A stretch of 64,000 nucleotides of DNA from IMG/VR virus record IMGVR_UViG_3300027847_001698. The stretch is one strand, 5' to 3'. Below the pieces are notes generated by a model, which was given only the letters and a program-made list of their open reading frames with translations, did not search any database and was not told the DNA's origin. This document shows, one piece after another, positions 20,324-29,472 of the stretch. Each line of letters begins with the position of its first letter. Position 1 is the stretch's first letter. The position numbers were made by a program, and so were the translations under genes. This DNA is from a virus (lineage: Duplodnaviria; Caudoviricetes).

Positions 20324-20518
20324 ATGACTAAATATTCATATGTATTACGAGAACTATCTGGATCAAGTATCAACAAGAAATCCAATAAGACTGCCAAAAA
20401 GGAAGTCCCAGAAGCTTTTAAGAAGGAATGGAAGAACAAAGACAAAGATGGTGATGGCAAGGAGAATGAACCCAAACCTGACTTCGTGAAAGAGGTTGAA
20501 AAGAATAAGAAGAAATAA
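20324..20518 (+). CDS. Small highly charged protein, candidate internal head protein
   Basis: N-terminus MTKYSYVLRE; K/E/D-rich 64 aa. Confidence 0.6.
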   Translation: MTKYSYVLRELSGSSINKKSNKTAKKEVPEAFKKEWKNKDKDGDGKENEPKPDFVKEVEKNKKK

Positions 20519-20562
20519 TCAAAGATAATAAAATGTCTATATATTCATATGTATTACGAGAA
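20332..20562 (+). repeat. 22-bp exact direct repeat encoding YSYVLRE at the 5' ends of two adjacent ORFs
   Basis: ATATTCATATGTATTACGAGAA at 20332..20353 and 20541..20562. Confidence 0.9.
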
Positions 20563-20882
20563 TTATTTAACAAGAAAAGAAAAGATTGGAATCGTAAGAT
20601 ATCACCAGAAGAAAAATAGCTCAGGATATATATGATGTATCAATTAGTGGTCGAACAGATGTTTACGATTTAGCAGAGTCAAAATTTAAAGATTTAGAAA
20701 AAAATCCAAAAACTGTACCCATAGCTGCAAAATGGATGGCTGATCATTGTTTTAAGAAATATAAACAACTGATCAACAAGTTATCAAAATCTCAAAAATT
20801 AAAAGTTCATACCAAACTTAAAGATGGATTTGAAGAGCAACTTTATGAAAGTGGAAAAATGGATTGGATAAAAAAGGGGTAA
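20533..20882 (+). other. Frameshift-interrupted ORF (28 aa plus a -1 frame continuation, about 116 aa if joined)
   Basis: ATG 20533 frame stops at TAG 20617-19 after GAA GAA AAA; the -1 frame is open from 20598 to TAA 20882 with no early ATG. Confidence 0.55.
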
Positions 20883-20897
20883 CCCCCTCTTTTATCC
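20866..20897. terminator. Hairpin between convergent genes (probable terminator)
   Basis: GGATAAAA..GGGG-TAA-CCCC..TTTTATCC inverted repeat. Confidence 0.6.
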
Positions 20898-21119
20898 CGG
20901 AATACGGAGTGTTACACATGTAACATCGTGTTTTTCCGCATGACGATCATTCATCGCCACATCGACTTGATTCTGAAGAAAATCAATCCCCCAGTCCATT
21001 ACGTCTTTGTGACTCAAAAACGCGTCCACTGATTCAATAGTGAACTTTGTTTTCAATGTGGATTCCAATTGACTCACTGCTTCTGCAATACTCGTAGCAA
21101 CATCAATGACATCTGGCAT
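20892..21119 (-). CDS. Small hypothetical protein inserted in antisense within the tail cluster
   Basis: 75 aa, GAGGG RBS, upstream class A-like motif 21177..21188, downstream hairpin. Confidence 0.6.
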   Translation of the reverse strand: MPDVIDVATSIAEAVSQLESTLKTKFTIESVDAFLSHKDVMDWGIDFLQNQVDVAMNDRHAEKHDVTCVTLRIPG

Positions 21120-21199
21120 TTTTAATTCCCTCTGTTAGTTGTTAAAGTTTGAATAGTTTCTTTGAATCACAAGTTAATATGTATAGACAAACTATAGCC

Positions 21200-21401
21200 A
21201 AAAGAAACATGCAACCAACTGAAGGGTTAGTTCAATTGGCCACATATCCAAACGACTGACTCGTCTTGTACTAATTGTGAGTATAACGTTTATACTCACA
21301 ATTCAATGTATCTGAATCACATTGGACTGTCCTCCTATTTCTGATTCCTATACCGTTGTTATAGCAATATGGAACGAGTTTCGTTCCTGATGCGTGCATC
21401 A
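21200..21401 (-). ncRNA. Candidate structured non-coding RNA
   Basis: Five to seven consecutive hairpins (21388-21401, 21371-21387, 14-bp perfect stem 21273-21303, 21215-21239 then U-rich tail) downstream of an A-like motif at 21402..21413. Confidence 0.4.
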
Positions 21402-21435
21402 ATATATATAAATGAATTATCCTATACCATTCTCC

Positions 21436-21443
21436 AGAACAAA
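21436..21443 (+). promoter_or_regulatory. Motif class B (AGAACAAA)
   Basis: Upstream of the tail sheath gene. Confidence 0.5.
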
Positions 21444-21494
21444 AATAAAAGTACAATTTAAGTATAATAGATTTTAAACTAAGGATTAGTTATT

Positions 21495-23171
21495 ATGGCA
21501 AACAATGTAAGCCCAGGTGTGTTCACTAAAATAATAGATTTATCTTCCTTTCTTGTAGAAACTCCAGGAACTCATGCATTCCTGCCATTTCTATCGAGAA
21601 CAGGTCCAGATAACAAAGCAGTTTTTGTTGCAAGTCTTCAACAGTTTGTAGATCTATATGGAAGACCAAATATCAATGACTTTGGGAAGTCATTCGGGCA
21701 AGGCCCATATGTGGCGTATAACCACATTTCTGTTGCTCCTGGATTTTGGGCAATGCGCGTTCTACCTACTGATGCAACGTATTCTAATTTATTTGTAAAC
21801 TATAATACAGATTCAACAGGGGCAATATCAGTAACTCACGAAACTACCCTTAATACACATGGGGAAATAGATACTGAAGTAGCACAGACAACTGGGACTA
21901 TTACTCCATTAGTAGCTTTCTACCCAATTGGTAGAGGAGATGCTTATGATGATTTTGCCATTACAATTACTAAACATGCAAATACACAATTAACTGGAAT
22001 CTACATTCTTGATATTTGGAAAACTCAAGCTGATGGAGATGATGTAATTATAGAAACATATGAGATTTCATTTGAATCAACTGCTATAGATGATTCTGGT
22101 GATTCCATATTCATTGTGGATGTTGTAAATAGATACTCCAAATGGATTAGAGTTAAAGCCAATGAAACATCTATTAATGAATGGCAAAAATCATCTATCG
22201 AAATTGTAGTTGGTGATTCAGTAACACCTGTTCACTTATTCAACGGTTCAGAAGGCAATATCATTGCGGTTGATTCCGATACCGGTAAGAGAACAATGGG
22301 GTCAACCGAAATTACAAATGCAACTTCACTTCTAATTGATGCATATACAGGATTGATTGAAAATCCCGAAAGTGGACTATTGGATGAAACTGTATTAGAC
22401 CTAGATGATACATACATACCAATCGTATATGATGCTGGTTATCCAACATCAGTCAAGAATGCTGCTGTTACATTAACAAGTAGCTTAAGATTAGATGGTG
22501 TAGCTATCCTTGATAATGGTGATAATGTATCAGTAGATGCAGCCCTTTCAGCTAGAGATGCTAGTCATACATACAATACTGCTTACGCATCAATATTTGA
22601 ATGTTACAGTAAAATATTTGATAACCATACTGGTAAAGAATTATGGGTAAGTCCTGTTTATCACATGGCTTCAATGATTCCTCAGAATGATAGATTGTTT
22701 GGTATTTGGTATCCAAATGCTGGATTCAATAGAGGAACCGTTGATAACATTATGGAATTGAGATTCAATCCCAGGATAGCTGATAGAGACAGATTATATC
22801 TCAAACAAGTTAATCCAATTGTTAAATTCTCAATCGGTTATGCAGTATTCTCTAATTTAACTACACAAAGAAAACCTTCTGCTCTTCAAGACTTAAGTGT
22901 ACACAGAACAATTCTGTATATTCAAAGGAACTTGGAACAATTTCTCAAGTTCCATATCTTTGAATTAAATACACCTGAAGAACATTCAAGAATGGCTGCG
23001 GCAATAACACCGTTCTTATCATCAATCAAATCTGCAAGAGGATTGGTTGATTACAGTGTTGAGGTCGGAGCAAACGAATATGAAATTAAAACTAAACAAA
23101 TGCACGTTAATGTAATATTACAGCCAACGAAAGCAATTGAAAGAATTAACTTAAATCTATTCATAAAATAA
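21495..23171 (+). CDS. Tail sheath protein (T4 gp18-like)
   Basis: N-terminal SPGVFTKIIDLS; C-terminal LYLKQVNPI, RRT-like VHRTILYI, LQPTKAIERINL. Confidence 0.95.
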   Translation: MANNVSPGVFTKIIDLSSFLVETPGTHAFLPFLSRTGPDNKAVFVASLQQFVDLYGRPNINDFGKSFGQGPYVAYNHISVAPGFWAMRVLPTDATYSNLFVNYNTDSTGAISVTHETTLNTHGEIDTEVAQTTGTITPLVAFYPIGRGDAYDDFAITITKHANTQLTGIYILDIWKTQADGDDVIIETYEISFESTAIDDSGDSIFIVDVVNRYSKWIRVKANETSINEWQKSSIEIVVGDSVTPVHLFNGSEGNIIAVDSDTGKRTMGSTEITNATSLLIDAYTGLIENPESGLLDETVLDLDDTYIPIVYDAGYPTSVKNAAVTLTSSLRLDGVAILDNGDNVSVDAALSARDASHTYNTAYASIFECYSKIFDNHTGKELWVSPVYHMASMIPQNDRLFGIWYPNAGFNRGTVDNIMELRFNPRIADRDRLYLKQVNPIVKFSIGYAVFSNLTTQRKPSALQDLSVHRTILYIQRNLEQFLKFHIFELNTPEEHSRMAAAITPFLSSIKSARGLVDYSVEVGANEYEIKTKQMHVNVILQPTKAIERINLNLFIK

Positions 23172-23215
23172 AACAATAAGATGGAACAAATTAATAAAAT
23201 TCGCGGAGTAATAGG

Positions 23216-24037
23216 ATGCATAATAGTTTCGTAAAAACCCAAGAGAACCGCCATGATAGATATTTTGGCGGGACTAGTAAGGGGGTCGCTGATCCATATA
23301 TCAGTGGCTATCACTTCATTCATTTCAAACATCTTCCGCCAAACCTTTCAGCCCACCTAGCTGTTAATGACCCGGCAGATCTCGGTTTTCAAGAAGGTCC
23401 TCCTGGAAACGATGAAATAGCTAGATTATTAGCTGCATCATGTTTGTCTGTTACTCCAGTCGGGGGAACACTAAACAGAGCTGAATTCACTGGTCTTGGC
23501 GGAACGAAATGGTCCGTTCCTACAAATATTGATTATGGGAATACTCTTTCAATGAGATTCCTGGAATATAGTAGATTACCTATCCTTCATGTATTCAACA
23601 ACTGGTTTAGAATGATCAGAGAATACAGAAATGGTACCAGTTTGTTAACTGGAAGTGCTAAAAGCCAGACATCTATAGAATATACTAAATCGGCATATTC
23701 TGGAACACTATTATACTGGACAACAAAACCAGATGGTGTAACAGTAGAATATGCTGCATGTTATACAGGTGTTTACCCAACAAAAGATCCCCAAGAACTG
23801 TATGCTGGCGACATAGCCTCATCAGATAAGCTAGAAGTTGATATGGAGTTCAGCTTCGATATGCCTTTCATGGAGAGTTGGGTAAGAAAAGAATGTCAGT
23901 TCATGGCAAATCTCTACCACGGGGAAGGTATCAAGGCACATGGCGGATATAAGGTAGGTACTTCAACAGCTAATAATACTGAAGAAGGTAGTCATACCGA
24001 TTCCGGTGGAATTGGCACTGCAACATCACCTGCATAA
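23216..24037 (+). CDS. Tail tube protein (gp19-like)
   Basis: Directly follows the sheath gene; YTGVYPT...LEVDMEFSFD tube-type C-terminal strands; followed by a strong terminator. Confidence 0.75.
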   Translation: MHNSFVKTQENRHDRYFGGTSKGVADPYISGYHFIHFKHLPPNLSAHLAVNDPADLGFQEGPPGNDEIARLLAASCLSVTPVGGTLNRAEFTGLGGTKWSVPTNIDYGNTLSMRFLEYSRLPILHVFNNWFRMIREYRNGTSLLTGSAKSQTSIEYTKSAYSGTLLYWTTKPDGVTVEYAACYTGVYPTKDPQELYAGDIASSDKLEVDMEFSFDMPFMESWVRKECQFMANLYHGEGIKAHGGYKVGTSTANNTEEGSHTDSGGIGTATSPA

Positions 24038-24067
24038 TAAGAATAATAGCAGCTAAATCATAAGTTC

Positions 24068-24115
24068 ACAGGAATCAACATAGTATATGTATTATGTTGA
24101 TTCCTGTTTTTTTTT
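24068..24115 (+). terminator. Intrinsic terminator after the tube gene
   Basis: 15-bp perfect stem ACAGGAATCAACATA/TATGTTGATTCCTGT, 10-nt loop, T-tract. Confidence 0.9.
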
Positions 24116-24202
24116 CGTTATATACTAGGAAATTTATTTCTACGATTAATTAAATCAAATCAATAACTATCTACAAACTAATTTTAATCGAAGGAGCTTG
24201 TC

Positions 24203-25156
24203 ATGGACAACCCATCTGTAGAAGAATCACCAATGGCTAATGTTGCACCGTTACCGCAACAATTAACGCCTGACACACCCCCACCCCCACCCCAAATGCC
24301 ACCACCCCAAATGCCACCACCAGTGGTAACACCTCAAGTATCAACTGCTACAATGTCCCCAACAGGATACTTTGCTGGCTTTACTGATGTTAAGTTACCA
24401 GAATATGAGTTAATAACTCCTCAAAGTTTATATTCCATAACAGTTAAAACAATGACTGTTGAAGTGGAAGAAAATCTTAAAGGTAGTTTAATAACCCCTA
24501 GAAAAGTTCCGGAACATTTGAATAAAGCACTCTGGCAATCAATTGTAAGCAAACCTGAAAATATTGTAACATATGATGACTTTCTAAAAAATATAACTAT
24601 TAAGGATAGAGATGTCCTTATGTATGCATTGTACCATATCTCATATAAAGATGTGAGGAATTATGATGTAACATGTTTACAGTGTAGAAAATCCAATCCT
24701 ATTACATTTGAAATTGGAAAGATATTTCAGATGGAAGCATTTAATGGTAGTCCTGGAGAAATAATCAATAAACGTATTGATATTCCACTGCCTATCATAA
24801 GCAATGTTACTGCCGTTATAAAGCAACCAGTTATTGCAGATGAAAAAGCAATGTTAGAAGATATGCTTTTTCAGAGCGATAAGAATTTAGAATTGGGAAC
24901 AGAAATGTTAGTCATTGATAAATTCGTTATGGAAAATAATGGAGTACGTCAAGATATTACAGGACGAGACAATATATTCAGAGCATATAATACATTGTCG
25001 AGTCAAGATAGAAAAGCAATAAGTCGTGAGTATGTAGAAAACTTTGGTAAGTATGCTATGAAATTAGAAATACAAACCACCTGTCCAAGTTGCGGAGTCT
25101 CGGACGATACACCCATAGACTTATTCAACCAATTTTTTCGTTCACTGCACGAATGA
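24203..25156 (+). CDS. Baseplate hub/tail assembly chaperone (T4 gp26-like) with Pro-rich N-terminus
   Basis: CLQC and CPSC zinc pairs, ends ..FF..; located after the tube gene. Confidence 0.7.
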   Translation: MDNPSVEESPMANVAPLPQQLTPDTPPPPPQMPPPQMPPPVVTPQVSTATMSPTGYFAGFTDVKLPEYELITPQSLYSITVKTMTVEVEENLKGSLITPRKVPEHLNKALWQSIVSKPENIVTYDDFLKNITIKDRDVLMYALYHISYKDVRNYDVTCLQCRKSNPITFEIGKIFQMEAFNGSPGEIINKRIDIPLPIISNVTAVIKQPVIADEKAMLEDMLFQSDKNLELGTEMLVIDKFVMENNGVRQDITGRDNIFRAYNTLSSQDRKAISREYVENFGKYAMKLEIQTTCPSCGVSDDTPIDLFNQFFRSLHE

Positions 25157-25208
25157 AGAATCACTGATCGAGTACCAGAAGTCAATACAGGAAAATATAT
25201 TCCTAGCA

Positions 25209-25346
25209 ATGGAACTCGGTAAACAACAATATACCTCTATTATTAAAATGCCGATTGATCGTCTTCATAGTTACATCAAGTGGAAAGTTAAATTTGACGA
25301 AGAAGTGTCCAAAATGAAAGAAGATCAACTTAAAGATATTAAGTAG
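25209..25346 (+). CDS. T4 gp51-like baseplate assembly protein (absent from ORF track; frame open from 25119)
   Basis: Frame reads ESLIEYQKSIQENIFLAMELGKQQYTSIIKMPIDRLHSYIKWKVKFDEE, resembling gp51-type L..Y....F.LM....s...MP..R..Y. Confidence 0.6.
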   Translation: MELGKQQYTSIIKMPIDRLHSYIKWKVKFDEEVSKMKEDQLKDIK

Positions 25347-25354
25347 AGAACAAA
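25347..25354 (+). promoter_or_regulatory. Motif class B (AGAACAAA)
   Basis: 5 nt before ATG 25360. Confidence 0.45.
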
Positions 25355-25359
25355 TTTAA

Positions 25360-25866
25360 ATGATTGAATATAAGAAAGTTTTAGCTCCTGTAGATACTAC
25401 AACTACAACTTCTCTGGAAATAGCTAATAATACATCCAGAACATTTTCTAGAAGTTTAGAAGGAGCAGATAATATTTATGTAGACTTCTCCTCTATTATT
25501 TCACCCGAGGGAGATTTTAAAAGGCTATCCGGTATCAACGTTTTAATAAACTCTATCAGAAATTTATTAATGACACCTATTGGGACATATCCATTTAATC
25601 CGTTATATGGATCAAATTTATATAAGAAGATATTTGATCTGGCCGATAATGATACTGAAGATGAAATTATAGCAGAAGTAGTAGACAGGATTAGAGAATG
25701 GGATGATAGACTTGAAATAACTGATGTTGATACTGGATTCTTTTCTAATAGGAAAGGATTTCGATTATCTATAACTATCCAAACAGGAGAAGAGACTGCC
25801 TCTACATCTCTTGACTTTATAGAATCGTATACAGACTTATTTACAGACTTACACGGAGAAGCATAA
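25360..25866 (+). CDS. Baseplate wedge subunit gp25/gpW-like
   Basis: NSIRNLLMTPIGTYPFNPLYGSNLY...IREWDDRL. Confidence 0.9.
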   Translation: MIEYKKVLAPVDTTTTTSLEIANNTSRTFSRSLEGADNIYVDFSSIISPEGDFKRLSGINVLINSIRNLLMTPIGTYPFNPLYGSNLYKKIFDLADNDTEDEIIAEVVDRIREWDDRLEITDVDTGFFSNRKGFRLSITIQTGEETASTSLDFIESYTDLFTDLHGEA

Positions 25867-26516
25867 TGCAAAATTGGTTAAGGCTTCAACACTATCCCGC
25901 TGATTATTTAAATCTCGTATACAGGTATTATGCAGCTCATGGTGTTTCCTATATTTGTAACTATTATCACTTGGATCTCCCTAGCAGCACGGCAGATCTC
26001 GAAGTGTTAGATTCAGGAGCATATGAAGTATTGGGAGAATTATCTGGATATTGTTGGGAGAAGATTACACTACTACCTATCTATAACACAGAACAGATTC
26101 AGCCAGTATTTGAAGCAGATGAACGAGGATTTGGTAAATTCAATCAATCATCAAGTCTTAACTTTCCTACTCTATATAACATTCAGCCTACTGCTACTGA
26201 TTTCATTCAATTTGTAGAACCAAAATTAAACGAGAGCGATGCTCCTTCAATTGATAGTCCTTTATATAGAGTGGTAAATTTTGAGAAGGCAACTAATTCA
26301 TTTTTCTCTTTCTGGAAATTAAGTTTACAAGTTAGTGAATTTACACTAACAAAATTAGAAAAACAACTTAGAGCAATTTTTTCATTTGTCGATTATGAAA
26401 AACAAATATATGATATTGACACTGCAACATTAATATATAGATTGTTAGATAAAAATCAAACATCTAAGGTTAAAGACTATTATAATGAACGAATTGGATT
26501 CTATTTTAACTCATGA
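25866..26516 (+). CDS. Probable virion structural protein
   Basis: 216 aa, coupled to gp25; position only. Confidence 0.5.
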   Translation: MQNWLRLQHYPADYLNLVYRYYAAHGVSYICNYYHLDLPSSTADLEVLDSGAYEVLGELSGYCWEKITLLPIYNTEQIQPVFEADERGFGKFNQSSSLNFPTLYNIQPTATDFIQFVEPKLNESDAPSIDSPLYRVVNFEKATNSFFSFWKLSLQVSEFTLTKLEKQLRAIFSFVDYEKQIYDIDTATLIYRLLDKNQTSKVKDYYNERIGFYFNS

Positions 26517-26632
26517 CTAATTGTTCATATATCGCAAAAGATATTAATACTAATAAACAAAGAAGAATGGATTATTCTATAATATTTAATGGAAAATCTT
26601 CCCCTAAGATAAAGCTAGAATATGGTTATTAA
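26513..26632 (+). CDS. Small ORF (39 aa)
   Basis: ATGA overlap with the upstream stop; MTNCSYIAKDINTNKQRRMDYSIIFNGKSSPKIKLEYGY. Confidence 0.3.
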   Translation: MTNCSYIAKDINTNKQRRMDYSIIFNGKSSPKIKLEYGY

Positions 26633-26648
26633 TCATAAAACTAATCTG

Positions 26649-26656
26649 AGAACAAA
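26649..26656 (+). promoter_or_regulatory. Motif class B (AGAACAAA)
   Basis: 8 nt before ATG 26665. Confidence 0.45.
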
Positions 26657-26664
26657 TATTTAAA

Positions 26665-29466
26665 ATGGCCCTATTTAAAGATAACGATATAAAGATCTTC
26701 AGTTCTAGAGAAGAGATAAGGAATCAGCTTGTAGAGGAGGCTAAAAACTATTTAGAACTATCTAATGTTGACCTGACTAATACTAGTTTTATGTCATACA
26801 TTATAAATATACTATCCATTCTGTCCGCCAATCAAATGTTTTATAGTTCTACGTTATATAGAGAATTCTTTTTAACTCAAGCTCAAATACAAGAGTCAGT
26901 ATATAACTTATCGAAATGGATAGGATATACCATACCCCAAGCCACTCCTTCAAATATCAATGTATTATTTACACTACCTTTGCAATTTAATGATCCCCAC
27001 GTAAACTTAGTTTTCCCAACTGATTTTCAAGTACGAGCTGGAGATGTAGCATTCACATTAGACACCAGCTTTGTTTTAAATGGAACTTTAGTATCTGGGA
27101 CAGAAGAAGATCTTCGTGCCCAAATAGCAAGTATGATCGCTAATGGAGTTCAAACTGAAATATTAAATAACCGAATTGTATCTGTACGAAATGCAACTAC
27201 TGGTTTCTTATATCCAGTAGAAATAAATATTGGTGACGGAGGAGATACTGCATCAGCATCATTCGTTTTACCATTTAGTCAAATAGTTAAAGAATATAGA
27301 TCATTTACAATTCCTGACGATTTGGAATTTTATCAATTCTTTACAAAACGCTTAACTAATCTTGATGGTCAAGTTAGTGAGTTAACTATTTATGTAATTC
27401 CTCCAGAAATAGACATGACAGATGTATCAACTGTTACAGACATAGAATCTAAATTAACGGAAGATCAAAAAACTGAATACCTATGGACTGAAGCAATTTC
27501 TGGGCTATATACTTTAAACCAAGGAGATAAATCATTCATAAGCACAAACTTTGATGGTGAATCCGAAATACTCTTTGGAAATGGAATTATTGGTGAACAA
27601 CCAACTAGAGCTTCAACAATTGCAATAATTGTATCATTAACTAAAGGCGAAAAAGGAAATGTAATTCCTGCTTCAATTACTTCATCAGATAGTCTATTCT
27701 ATGAAAATGATAATAATAGAGTCCAACGGGTAAAACTGACCACAGTAAATACTGAACCTGCTACTGGAGGAAAAGATACTCCATCCTTATCAGAAATTAA
27801 AAGTGCAGCAATAACCAATCTCACCAGCAAAGGTAGACTCGTATCAGAGTTTGACTATGACGATTTTAATATTATTGCTCCTAATGTACCTATTAAAAAA
27901 ACGAAACCTATTCTAAAACGAAGCGATTTAAAAACAAACGAAATTTCGGTATTTTCTGAGCTCATATATAACAATCCAGAAAACGCAAATGGGGCGGCTG
28001 AAATCGTACCAACTAGAAATCTCCCCTATGTGTTTGATAGTACAAGTTTCTTTGTCCCTAGGGGTGCTACAATTCCTAATCATGATGATTTTGAATCAGC
28101 ATTCAATATGATTATTGATTTAACATCGCTACAAGCTAGTTATGAATATATCTTAAGAGAAGTTACAATTACTTCTGCTTTAGAAAGTAGTGATCCGACA
28201 TATAATCCTCTTGTATTTTTAAATATTCCTTCAGTCAAATTTACATCAACTGTTGATCCAAATGATACTAATATTATCAATATAGATATCTATACAAATG
28301 CAAACCATACGCCCACAACTAATGTTACTCAATTCAGAGCAAATCTAATTACTACATTTGATAATGCAAAGTATTCAATGACAACTGAATTAGATACTGA
28401 AGATGTTACAAAGGTTAATGGATTTAGTTATCAATTCTTTGACTTCTTAAACTTTCCTAGAAACTCTGTTCAATTCAAAGTATTAGTGGAAGGACTTATT
28501 CCGTACAGCCAGATTACAATGGAAGATAAAATCGCATTAGGAATTGAAAGCGATACATCTCAACCATCAAAATGGATTACATTAACTACTCATACTGCAG
28601 ATGTAATCATTAGAAAAGATTTAAGTGATTTCATGTTTAGTTCAATAACGGAGACTGATGGAGTAACAACAGTACATAACGTTCCAACTATACTCTCATC
28701 TTATATAACTCAAGAAAATTTCAATGTAGATAATTTTGAATTGGCTGTATTTCAGAAACTTATTGGTAATCTAAAAATTAACTCAATTCGAATGTTAACA
28801 GATTTTCTCAATATTAAGTTTGCAGATACAATTGGCAAGTTGACTAACATGAAATATAATGCCATTGCATCAACAAAGATAATATCCAGAAGTTTAACTG
28901 AAGTTCCTAATACTCCAGTAATAAATGATACATATATTGTAAATGGAACAGAAGGAATTGATATATTCAGTCAAGACTGGAATACACATAAAAATGAACT
29001 GGCACAATGGAACGGTAACAGTTGGATATTTATAAAACCATCATTCGATGAGTTTATTCAAATAGTTAATCCATTAAATACAAGTGATCCAGATCAAAAC
29101 AAAAAATTACAATGGACAGGAATAAGTTGGGTTGAACCAATATTTGATATTCCGTTTAATGTATCTTTAAAAATTAACAAAGATCCTGATATAGCAATAT
29201 CTTCTTCAGCATTAGAAGCTAACATAAAAACAGCATTACTAGATAATTTTGCATCAAAATTTGGTATGGATGTTGATATTGATAGATCGGAAATTGTAAA
29301 AGTTGCTAGAGGGGTATTAGGTGTTCGATTTGTAGAAATTATTGGCCCAGAAATAGATATTAGATTCAACTATAAAATAGATGATCTTGTGTTTGCTGAT
29401 CTATTAGATTATACACCTCAATTAGTAGCATTCACATCAGATTCAATATCCATTACCATTATATAA
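26665..29466 (+). CDS. Baseplate wedge protein gp6/gpJ-like
   Basis: AQIQESVYNLSKWIGY, ILFGNGIIGEQP, GGKDTPSLSEIK, RLVSEFDY. Confidence 0.9.
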   Translation: MALFKDNDIKIFSSREEIRNQLVEEAKNYLELSNVDLTNTSFMSYIINILSILSANQMFYSSTLYREFFLTQAQIQESVYNLSKWIGYTIPQATPSNINVLFTLPLQFNDPHVNLVFPTDFQVRAGDVAFTLDTSFVLNGTLVSGTEEDLRAQIASMIANGVQTEILNNRIVSVRNATTGFLYPVEINIGDGGDTASASFVLPFSQIVKEYRSFTIPDDLEFYQFFTKRLTNLDGQVSELTIYVIPPEIDMTDVSTVTDIESKLTEDQKTEYLWTEAISGLYTLNQGDKSFISTNFDGESEILFGNGIIGEQPTRASTIAIIVSLTKGEKGNVIPASITSSDSLFYENDNNRVQRVKLTTVNTEPATGGKDTPSLSEIKSAAITNLTSKGRLVSEFDYDDFNIIAPNVPIKKTKPILKRSDLKTNEISVFSELIYNNPENANGAAEIVPTRNLPYVFDSTSFFVPRGATIPNHDDFESAFNMIIDLTSLQASYEYILREVTITSALESSDPTYNPLVFLNIPSVKFTSTVDPNDTNIINIDIYTNANHTPTTNVTQFRANLITTFDNAKYSMTTELDTEDVTKVNGFSYQFFDFLNFPRNSVQFKVLVEGLIPYSQITMEDKIALGIESDTSQPSKWITLTTHTADVIIRKDLSDFMFSSITETDGVTTVHNVPTILSSYITQENFNVDNFELAVFQKLIGNLKINSIRMLTDFLNIKFADTIGKLTNMKYNAIASTKIISRSLTEVPNTPVINDTYIVNGTEGIDIFSQDWNTHKNELAQWNGNSWIFIKPSFDEFIQIVNPLNTSDPDQNKKLQWTGISWVEPIFDIPFNVSLKINKDPDIAISSSALEANIKTALLDNFASKFGMDVDIDRSEIVKVARGVLGVRFVEIIGPEIDIRFNYKIDDLVFADLLDYTPQLVAFTSDSISITII

Positions 29467-29472
29467 TAAACC

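Noticed and set aside
21273-21303. Palindrome with the outer arms of the lac operator (AATTGTGAG...CTCACAATT)
   Set aside because: The spacer is 13 nt and unrelated to lacO, with no vector sequence nearby; treated as a chance likeness within an RNA or DNA hairpin.
21271-21456. 61-aa minus-strand ORF from the track
   Set aside because: No RBS or protein-like features, and it overlaps the hairpin array and promoter-like motifs; a non-coding interpretation is preferred.
24287-24316. 15-bp tandem repeat (PPQMP x2), and likewise the 9-bp x3 repeat at 46479..46504
   Set aside because: Simple in-frame low-complexity linker expansions.
25360-25866. 'Lysozyme' label often attached to gp25
   Set aside because: No catalytic evidence; gp25 is a structural sheath-initiating wedge protein.
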